A DNA stretch of 56,227 bases. It comes from an uncultured bacterium. GTDB taxonomy: Bacteria > Bacillota_I > Bacilli_A > RFN20 > CAG-826. Below, one piece after another: positions 49,244 through 56,227 of this stretch. Under the pieces are notes generated by a model that saw nothing but the letters and a program-made list of their open reading frames with translations, ran no database searches and was not told where the DNA came from. Where the stretch lies: assembly GCA_949297055.1 (NCBI GenBank), contig CASFRI010000033.1:1-56227 (forward strand), given 5' to 3'. A program made the position numbers and the translations under genes. The stretch's first letter is position 1. Each line of letters begins with the position of its first letter.

Positions 49244-50461
49244 ATGGGTAGTAATTTTGACATTTTTGCCTCAATTGTTTTCAAGCGTTTAAAAGGAAAA
49301 ACGCAACTTTTTTCGCCTAACACTAACGATGGATACTACAATAGAATGACACACACCTTACAAGTTTTGGCTGTTTCTATGAAATTAATTAATATTGCAC
49401 CAGAAGAGAGAAAGAACGATATTGATGTTGATGTTGTTCAAAGAATTGCGTTATGTCACGATCTTGGCCATACTCCTTTTGGACATGCTGGTGAAAGAAC
49501 ACTACACGATATTCTATCGGGAAAAGATAGATTAGGTGGGTTGATTTCAATTAACTACTATAAAAATAAGAAGCCTTTAGATGGTTTTAGACATAATATT
49601 TATTCCGCAAAGTTATATTTAAAGTTCTTTCTTACTGGGAGAAAAAGAATTAAAGATACGAAGAATACAAAAATAATAGATGGAATTTTAAAACACACAA
49701 AACCTTTCTACGATTTAAAAGAAGTAAAAGCAGGCGACATCAACTATGGTATAGATGATATTATAAAATCATACCCCCTTCTTAAAATCAAAGATTACAA
49801 CATCACTGAAACCCCACTATATCTTGAGGGAAGTATTGTAGCTCTCGCAGACGAAATAGCACAAAGATGTTCTGATACTTCTGATGCTTTGTTATCTAAA
49901 ATAATAAGTTATAAGCATCTTGAAAATAAATTACCAAGTATTTTTAAAGGCAAAAAATATAAAGATATCGAGAATACTATTGTTTGTCACTTTATTGATA
50001 GCAAAAAAATTAAATGGTTTGATAATGCTGTACGGATGACAAAAGTTGCACAAAAACAATGTGATAAATTAGAAAAATTAATCAAAGACAGTATACAAAA
50101 TTCGTATTTGATTAGAACCAATGACATTAAAAATTCTCAAATTATCAGACAAGTTTTCAAAGCGTTATACAAAAATCCTGCTCAATTAGACGACGCTACA
50201 TTAGTGAATATTTATTCAGATTGTTTAAAACAAAATCTACAATCTATTAAACAAGAAAGCAAAGACGGAACGATAAATACAAAAGAATTAGTATCCCGCT
50301 TAGTAAAAACGCATGAATTAATAGAAAAAAGCGCAATAAAGTCAAGCTTAATTAAAATAGAAACTATTTTGATAAAAAACATTGCGTTTTATATTGCAAA
50401 TTGTACAGATTTATTTCTTTATAAGAAATACAAAAAACTATATGGCGGCGAGGATGAATAA
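49244..50461 (+). CDS. HD-domain dNTP triphosphohydrolase (dGTPase-like)
   Basis: FKRLKGKTQLF, RMTHTLQV, CHDLGHTPFGHAGERTL and ALADEIAQ are the Dgt-family HD signature. Confidence 0.8.
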   Translation: MGSNFDIFASIVFKRLKGKTQLFSPNTNDGYYNRMTHTLQVLAVSMKLINIAPEERKNDIDVDVVQRIALCHDLGHTPFGHAGERTLHDILSGKDRLGGLISINYYKNKKPLDGFRHNIYSAKLYLKFFLTGRKRIKDTKNTKIIDGILKHTKPFYDLKEVKAGDINYGIDDIIKSYPLLKIKDYNITETPLYLEGSIVALADEIAQRCSDTSDALLSKIISYKHLENKLPSIFKGKKYKDIENTIVCHFIDSKKIKWFDNAVRMTKVAQKQCDKLEKLIKDSIQNSYLIRTNDIKNSQIIRQVFKALYKNPAQLDDATLVNIYSDCLKQNLQSIKQESKDGTINTKELVSRLVKTHELIEKSAIKSSLIKIETILIKNIAFYIANCTDLFLYKKYKKLYGGEDE

Positions 50462-50464
50462 TTC

Positions 50465-50493
50465 TTGCGGAATCATTTATTTATACCTATAAT
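50465..50493 (+). promoter_or_regulatory. Sigma-70-like promoter immediately after the HD gene
   Basis: TTGCGG (50465..50470), a 17-nt spacer, and TATAAT (50488..50493). Confidence 0.55.
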
Positions 50494-50498
50494 ATAGT

Positions 50499-50576
50499 TA
50501 TTCTTAAGCTCTAGTGGATGAAAACCTTTTCATTACTAGCATGAGGTAAGCGGTCGCTGGCCGCCCTTTTTGTTTG
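50499..50576 (+). ncRNA. Candidate small RNA (~75 nt) bounded by a promoter and an intrinsic terminator
   Basis: Hairpin 50511..50539 (CTAGTGGATGAAAA / TTTTCATTACTAG, one bulge). GC-rich hairpin GCGGTC-GCT-GGCCGC at 50550..50564, then CCTTTTTGTTTG. Confidence 0.35.
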
Positions 50577-50628
50577 TGTAAAGATTAACTAAATTTTCTA
50601 GCAATAAGGATTATTAAAATTATAATAT

Positions 50629-50896
50629 TTTTATGCAAATTTCGAGTTGAAATTGAAAAAATACTAAGATGAAAGTTCTTCTGAAGGTCAATTTATTCTT
50701 ATAAGCTCTACATCAATCAATAAGAATCAATATATCCATTCTGGCACCGGGCGTATCACCAGATTAAAATAAGCAACGAAATTAAAAAGTTGGCAAGCCA
50801 GCTAAATTAATGTTTGTTGTTTGTAATTTAACAAACATTGCATATAAAAGAGAAGATGGTGTTTATGTCGTCCCTATTACTTCTTTAAAAAATTAA
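50629..50896 (+). pseudogene. Decayed DUF4143-type ATPase gene (promoter-proximal 39-mer plus C-terminal remnant; the middle is deleted)
   Basis: The 39-mer at 50629..50667 matches 52416..52454 at 38 of 39 positions. The remnant FVVCNLTNIAYKREDGVYVVPITSLKN* (50786..50896) parallels FILCNTPSLYKIDDLVYATPISSI* of the intact copy. Confidence 0.6.
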
Positions 50897-50989
50897 TTGT
50901 GAAATGAAGAGTAAATTTAATTCAATAAATTGACTATATATTAGCAAAAACATTGTAAAAACATAGTAAAATTGTTAATATATTAGCAT

Positions 50990-51280
50990 ATGGAAGAAAA
51001 AGCATTAGAGTTTGTTACTTATTATGAATTACAATTAGAAATCACTAAGCGTTTTATTACTATTAGAAAAAATAGAAAAATATCACAACTTAGATTATCT
51101 GAAATATCTGGAGTGAGTTATGCTTCTCTTAGAAGATTTGAAAAAACTGGCGATATCTCTTTCGCGTCTTTAGTAAAACTCGCTATTGCGTTACGCTTAT
51201 ACGATGATTTAAATAATCTTTTTAAAGTTCATAAAGAATATCAATCAATAGAGGAAGTAATTAATGATCAAGAAAATTGA
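50990..51280 (+). CDS. XRE-family HTH protein (HipB-like antitoxin candidate)
   Basis: ISQLRLSEISGVSYASLRRFEKTGD is an HTH_3 pattern. Overlaps the kinase gene by 17 nt. Confidence 0.8.
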   Translation: MEEKALEFVTYYELQLEITKRFITIRKNRKISQLRLSEISGVSYASLRRFEKTGDISFASLVKLAIALRLYDDLNNLFKVHKEYQSIEEVINDQEN

Positions 51281-52352
51281 TGTTTTTGCTGACAAGATTA
51301 TAGTTGGCACCATTGCCTTAACTAAAGAAAAACAAGTAGCGTTTCAATACAGCAAAGAATGGCTAAAAAAAGGATTCTCAATCAATCCTATTAAACTTCC
51401 TTTGACTAGCAGAGTATTTATTTCAACTTCCCCACACTTTAAAGGATTATTTGGTGTATTTGCCGATTCTCTTCCTGATAGTTATGGCGAATTGTTATTA
51501 GATAGATATTTGAAAAGAAAAGGAATTGACATTAGTTCACTTTCATCTCTAGATAGATTAGCGTACGTTGGCTCTTCTGGCATGGGGATTTTAGAATATA
51601 TACCTGACTTCAGCGAGAAGCAAACTAATGAAAAAATTGATTTTGATTTAATTCAAAAAGAATGTAATGACCTTTTAAATTCAAAAGATATCGCGAATAT
51701 AGATATTTTATATTCTTTGGCTGGTTCTAGTGGTGGCGCTAGGCCTAAGGCGCTTATCAAATATAAAGATGAAGATTGGATAGTGAAATTCTCTTCGAAA
51801 TTTGATCCTAAAAATATCGCCGAACTTGAATACAAATATATGTCATTAGCCAAAGAACTAAAAATTAATATTCCCCAGATTGAATTAATCACTTCAGAAA
51901 AAGGAAACAAGTTTTTCCTCATCAAAAGATTTGACCGTATAAATGATCGTAAAATTCACATGATAAGTGCAGCCGCATTATTAGAATGTGATTTTAGAGC
52001 CCCATCTCTTGATTATAACGACTTAATTAAACTTACTAGAGTGTTAACAAACAATGATGAAGACGTTATCGAAATGTATAGGAGAATGGTGTTTAATGTT
52101 TTGATTGGTAATCAAGATGATCACGCGAAAAATTTTTCGTTTCTTTTTGATAGTAAAAAAATGATTTATCGTTTATCACCAGCGTATGATATTAGTCCAA
52201 CTAAGACTTATTTTGGAGAGCACACAACTTCAGTGAACGGTAAGGGAAAAGGAATTAGTGATGAAGATATGATTATAGTCGCTATAAATAATAAGATTGA
52301 TGTTTCTATCGCTAAAGATATTATCGATAAATGTCATGCATTATTAAGATAA
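51264..52352 (+). CDS. Fused (N-terminal plus C-terminal domain) short HipA-family kinase
   Basis: N-domain FADSLPDSYGELLLDRY, loop SLAGSSGGARPKALI, catalytic GNQDDHAKNFSF, and SPAYDISP. Confidence 0.85.
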   Translation: MIKKIDVFADKIIVGTIALTKEKQVAFQYSKEWLKKGFSINPIKLPLTSRVFISTSPHFKGLFGVFADSLPDSYGELLLDRYLKRKGIDISSLSSLDRLAYVGSSGMGILEYIPDFSEKQTNEKIDFDLIQKECNDLLNSKDIANIDILYSLAGSSGGARPKALIKYKDEDWIVKFSSKFDPKNIAELEYKYMSLAKELKINIPQIELITSEKGNKFFLIKRFDRINDRKIHMISAAALLECDFRAPSLDYNDLIKLTRVLTNNDEDVIEMYRRMVFNVLIGNQDDHAKNFSFLFDSKKMIYRLSPAYDISPTKTYFGEHTTSVNGKGKGISDEDMIIVAINNKIDVSIAKDIIDKCHALLR

Positions 52353-52433
52353 AAACGTTTTCTACTTTTTATTTATTTTTCATTCAATAATGTAAAACTT
52401 TAATGTGCTTAAATATTTTATGCAAATTTCGAG

Positions 52434-52462
52434 TTGAACTTGAAAAAATACTAAATTATAAT
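52434..52462 (+). promoter_or_regulatory. Putative promoter of the intact DUF4143 ATPase gene
   Basis: TTGAAC (52434..52439), a 17-nt spacer, and TATAAT (52457..52462). The -35 box lies inside the 39-mer repeat. Confidence 0.6.
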
Positions 52463-52479
52463 ATAGTCAAAGGAAATCT

Positions 52480-53712
52480 ATGATTGCAAGAACGATTAAA
52501 AAAGAAATTATTAAAAGTGTTAAAAACCGACCTGTTACTCTCATCACTGGTGCAAGGCAAGTGGGGAAATCGACTATTTGTTATGAACTAAAAAACGAAT
52601 TAGGCTTTGCTTATGTTTCTTTAGATGATATTCGCCTTAGAGAAGAAGCTATTAACGATCCGGAACTATTTTTAGAAATACATCATTGGCCTATTATTAT
52701 CGATGAAATACAACACGCTCCTAAATTATTTTCGGTCATAGAAGCGATAGTAAATAAACAAAAGATGGAAACCGGTTCTAATTATGGTATGTTCATCTTA
52801 ACAGGTTCTGAAACGTATGAATTATTAAGTGGTGTTAGCGAATCTTTAGCGGGCCGCGTTTCAATCATTAGAATGTCACCTTTAAGCATGCGTGAGATAA
52901 AGGGGCAAGAAGAAAATATTTTTTCTTTTGATCCTTTAGTTTTAGCTAAGAGAAGTGAACAATTTACTCTAAGCTCTGACGAATTATTTAAAACCATTGT
53001 CAGGGGAATGTATCCTGAGCTTTACGCGAACGAATTGTTAAATAGTGAAGCATTTTACGCGGATTACGTCGCTACTTACATCGAACGAGATGTTTCTAAA
53101 ATTATCAATTTAAAAGATAAATTAAAATTTTATAATTTTATCGAAGTGTTAGCCTCACTTACAGGCGAAGAATTAATTTACGATAAATTAGCGAAGGTAA
53201 TCGGCGTTAGCCTCGATACTATCAAGGCGTGGATTAGCGTCTTAGTCGCGGGTGATATCATTTATCTTCTCGAGCCATATAATGAAATATCTTTAATTAA
53301 AAGAGTAGTGAAAAGACCAAAAATTTATTTTAATGATACTGGTCTAGCTTGCTATCTAGCGCATCTTAACGATGAAAAAGTGCTCATGAAATCTATTTTT
53401 AAAGGCCGTTTTATTGAAACTTATATCGTTAACGAAATTAAAAAGACTTTTCGCAATAATGGGAAGAAAGAAAATTTTTATTATTATAGAGATAGCAATC
53501 AAAATGAGATTGACCTCGTCATCTTAGAAAACGGCACCTTACATTTTGTCGAATGTAAGTCTGGTATCAAATTTGATAAGAAAGATATCAAAGCGTTTAA
53601 GCAATTAGCAACTTCATCTTATCAAATTGGCTATTCTTTCATACTTTGTAATACACCTTCATTGTATAAGATTGATGATTTAGTGTACGCCACACCTATC
53701 TCTTCTATTTAG
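52480..53712 (+). CDS. AAA_14 / DUF4143-type ATPase (intact copy)
   Basis: Walker A GARQVGKST, Walker B IIIDEIQ, a DUF4143-like wHTH segment, and a C-terminal restriction-endonuclease-like EIDLV...ECK. Confidence 0.8.
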   Translation: MIARTIKKEIIKSVKNRPVTLITGARQVGKSTICYELKNELGFAYVSLDDIRLREEAINDPELFLEIHHWPIIIDEIQHAPKLFSVIEAIVNKQKMETGSNYGMFILTGSETYELLSGVSESLAGRVSIIRMSPLSMREIKGQEENIFSFDPLVLAKRSEQFTLSSDELFKTIVRGMYPELYANELLNSEAFYADYVATYIERDVSKIINLKDKLKFYNFIEVLASLTGEELIYDKLAKVIGVSLDTIKAWISVLVAGDIIYLLEPYNEISLIKRVVKRPKIYFNDTGLACYLAHLNDEKVLMKSIFKGRFIETYIVNEIKKTFRNNGKKENFYYYRDSNQNEIDLVILENGTLHFVECKSGIKFDKKDIKAFKQLATSSYQIGYSFILCNTPSLYKIDDLVYATPISSI

Positions 53713-54292
53713 TGGTGGAATATTTTTTTCAAAGAAAAAAAGAGATGATAAGTTATTTTAAATTTACATTTTCTAAGACGATGAATCTTTTTTCTTAGTT
53801 TTTACTATTTATTTTTTATATAAGATCATTCACTAATGATGAAAAACCATATTTTTAGAATCGTCAATATTCTTTAAACCAGAAGCTAATAAACAAGCTA
53901 AGGACAATTCATCAAAAGCATTAGAACTAGTATTAGAAGTACCTAATAAATTAGAAGAACGAGGATTTAAAGAAGTTGAAGAGCCGCTTGAAGAAGAAAC
54001 TGAAGAACCTAATACACCAGAAATAGCAGGATTAAGAAGAAGTGGAAAATCCTATCTTTTAACGAACATTTATAAACAATATTTGTTATCTTCATAGGCG
54101 AAAGAAAAGCAAATTATTATCATTTCACTAGATAATGACTACGATGCTTTAATAAAAGTTGCTAATTCATTTTAAATAATAATTGTGCTCAATAGACCAT
54201 TTCTTTCATATCACGATGAAAAGGTGTACTTTTAATTTCTTTAGAAGAATTTCTATTAAATAAGAATAGTTTAGATTTATAAGTTATAAAAT

Positions 54293-54326
54293 CAAAATAA
54301 AAGGCCCTAGAAACGCATCTAGAGCT
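54293..54326 (-). terminator. Terminator of the XRE-TM gene
   Basis: Stem GCTCTAG / CTAGGGC (one G-U pair) with an 8-nt loop, then CTTTTATTTTGATTTT on the minus strand. Confidence 0.65.
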
Positions 54327-54348
54327 TTTATTAAGTAAGGACGATAAA

Positions 54349-55383
54349 TTATGCGTTAGGGGGAGTTTCGCCTTGTGGTAATAAGTTTGCTACCACACCG
54401 ATGATGATGAGAACAACGATTATTATCGCAATAATAATGATCCATTTTCTTCTTTTCTTCTTTTTAAGCTGAGCGGTCGCTTCTTCGATTTTAGCAATTC
54501 TTACTTGTTTATCATTTTGACCACGTTTAACAGCTTCGTTTTTTGTTAAAACATCGATCGCGGGCAAGTTAGTGAGCGGTTTATTCGCTAAGTTGGCTTT
54601 TAATAAATTTAAAGCATTTTGAATTTCAGCAATGTTATTTAAAGTAGTTCTTCTAATTTGAGCACAGTAGGCTTTAACATTTGGACTCTTATCTAAAACA
54701 TTATTGAAGATATAAACTCTTACTGCGCTTTGCACTTGAATATCGTAACTATTGGCATTTCCGTCTTTATCATAATAAGAAATGGTAAGTGTATGCATAT
54801 CATTTTCGCCAGATGTGCCTCTAAAACCTCCGCTTGCGGTATGATTAGCATTCATATCGATGAAGTTTTCAAAAGGACAGACGAATTGTTCTGCATCGTC
54901 GAAAACAAAACCAAATGTTTTATTATTATCATCGATGAAGAAGTAACAAAGTAAATCAGGTTGTAAATAAATAACTTTGCTATATTGTGAAGCATTCGTG
55001 ACTGTTTCAAATCTGATTAAATTATCTTTAAAGACTTGATTGACGTCATATTTATCTTTTCTTGCTTTCCCGTTATTGATGTAATCATGATCAATATCAG
55101 CTTGTTCTGGATCTAAATTAACATCGCTTACGTAGACGTCGCGGTAAGTTTTTTTACTTCCATTATAGGTATTGTAACTAAGATCTTTCTTATCATCTAA
55201 TAAAACATCTAATGATACGTTGAAATATGATGCCATCTTCTTTAATTTTTCAATATCAGGAATAGCTTCACCGCTTTCCCATTTGAAGACTGCTTGTCTA
55301 GATATATCAAAGACGTTCGCGAGTTCTTCTTGTGACATACCTTTTTGTTTTCTTAAGTTCATAATTTTGTCTGCAAGTTTCAT
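54349..55383 (-). CDS. XRE-family HTH protein with an unknown central domain and a C-terminal TM anchor
   Basis: N-terminus LRKQKGMSQEELANVFDISRQAVFKWESGEAIP. C-terminus KKKKRRKWIIIIAIIIVVLIIIGVVANLL. Confidence 0.8.
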   Translation of the reverse strand: MKLADKIMNLRKQKGMSQEELANVFDISRQAVFKWESGEAIPDIEKLKKMASYFNVSLDVLLDDKKDLSYNTYNGSKKTYRDVYVSDVNLDPEQADIDHDYINNGKARKDKYDVNQVFKDNLIRFETVTNASQYSKVIYLQPDLLCYFFIDDNNKTFGFVFDDAEQFVCPFENFIDMNANHTASGGFRGTSGENDMHTLTISYYDKDGNANSYDIQVQSAVRVYIFNNVLDKSPNVKAYCAQIRRTTLNNIAEIQNALNLLKANLANKPLTNLPAIDVLTKNEAVKRGQNDKQVRIAKIEEATAQLKKKKRRKWIIIIAIIIVVLIIIGVVANLLPQGETPPNA

Positions 55384-55449
55384 AAATTTCTAAACTCCTT
55401 GTTTCGTTAGCCTTATTGTAAAGGAAAAGTAGACACTAAAAAAAGTAAC

Positions 55450-55476
55450 TGCTGGTTAAAAAGTTGTTAACTAGCA
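55450..55476. promoter_or_regulatory. Imperfect palindrome upstream of the XRE-TM gene (possible operator)
   Basis: TGCTGGTTAA (55450..55459), 7 nt, then TTAACTAGCA (55467..55476); 9 of 10 positions are complementary. Confidence 0.45.
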
Positions 55477-55671
55477 CTTTACATTTTGCCATTTTTTAAG
55501 TTTTTCTTAATTTTTTTATCACAAAACGAGACAAAATTGTTAAGAAATGATGAATGAAACAATGTGGCTAAAAAGATGAATTAAATGACGCTATACGAGC
55601 GAAGTGACGTTAAAATTCTTTCTGCTTTTTAGATTAGATTTAGGTGTTTAACAAGATGTTTTCGCTTTAAA

Positions 55672-55714
55672 AATTAGCCTAGAATAAAATGGCCTACCTT
55701 AAAATAGGCTAATT
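55672..55714. repeat. Perfect 10-bp inverted repeat with a 23-nt spacer
   Basis: AATTAGCCTA (55672..55681) and TAGGCTAATT (55705..55714) in a gene-poor stretch. Confidence 0.7.
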
Positions 55715-56132
55715 CGTTTAATTGTAAGCGTGCGAATTTAAGGAGACGATACTTTTTGGTTCTTTAAAAAAAGTTACACAACTTGGTTATCAAAGTATTG
55801 GAGCAGATACAATTTATAAAGAATATTCATAAGCCGAGGTATTAGTGAAAAAAGCAAGTCTAGAATTCTATTATGTCGTTAACGAAATGAGTGCAACTAT
55901 TATTGGTTCGCGCTATGGCTAACAATATGACGATCCAGCGCCTAATATTACATATTCTTGTTCTTTAGAAGAATATAAATCGATTGAAGAAATTCAATAA
56001 ATTTTAATCGCTAAAAGGAATAAATTTTGAAAAGTTATGATAATTTTCATAATTAATATATAAAATATATTATAGTGTTATAAATAGTGAAAATTAGTGA
56101 AAAAATAATGAAATTTATGTTAAAATTAAAAT

Positions 56133-56227
56133 ATGATTAAAGTTCATTATGATACAGAAATTTTATCTTACATTCTTAAAATAGAAGAAAGAAAAGCTGC
56201 GATAGGAAGAGTGGAATTACCTTTTAA
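56133..56227 (+). CDS. 5' end of an ORF running off the window (function unknown)
   Basis: ATG at 56133, open to the window end: MIKVHYDTEILSYILKIEERKAAIGRVELPF. Only 31 codons are visible. Confidence 0.3.
   Translation, partial: MIKVHYDTEILSYILKIEERKAAIGRVELPF

Noticed and set aside
55720-55990. Possible serine-recombinase or other gene fragments (for example KKVTQLGYQSIGADTIYKEYS*).
   Set aside because: The similarity is only impressionistic, the frames are very short, and no catalytic motif is visible.

Overview
This is a low-GC chromosomal segment read with the standard genetic code (TGA is a stop, Trp is TGG). It spans the replication origin of a low-GC Firmicute or Mollicute-type organism. 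I guess Acholeplasma-like, because the surface proteins are lipobox- or tail-anchored with no LPXTG, but I cannot verify this here. The conserved core runs from about 6.5 to 41.2 kb. On the minus strand it reads tldD-pmbA, mscL, psuG, a P-type ATPase, a MacB-like ABC transporter, tadA, SRP RNA, serS, gyrA, gyrB, recF, yaaA, dnaN and dnaA. On the plus strand it reads rpmH, rnpA, yidC, jag, mnmE, tatD, rnmV, rsmA, ispE and glmU. Gene orientation flips at a bipartite oriC: 4 perfect and many near-perfect DnaA boxes lie upstream of dnaA, and a box triplet plus a TAA-trio run lies in the dnaA-dnaN spacer. Two AT-rich accessory islands flank the core. Island 1 (1 to 6.4 kb) holds a GmrSD-like DUF262/DUF1524 nuclease, a class-II Fic protein, a beta-repeat miniprotein, and a split three-gene HipB / HipS-like / HipT-like kinase module with phased 13-mers in its promoter. 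Island 2 (41.2 to 56.2 kb) holds several items:
- an uncharacterised cassette of two 3-TM proteins flanking a soluble protein
- an IS30-type element with 24-bp terminal inverted repeats and a 14-bp flanking duplication
- a Xer-like recombinase next to a ~1090-aa tail-anchored surface protein
- a dGTPase-like HD protein and a promoter-to-terminator small-RNA candidate
- a second, fused HipA/HTH pair
- one intact DUF4143 ATPase gene; counting both islands, the window also holds three decayed copies (27..236, 4026..4214, 50629..50896)
- a tail-anchored XRE regulator

I saw no rRNA, tRNA or CRISPR array. All family assignments come from motifs I can read in the translations; no searches were run.
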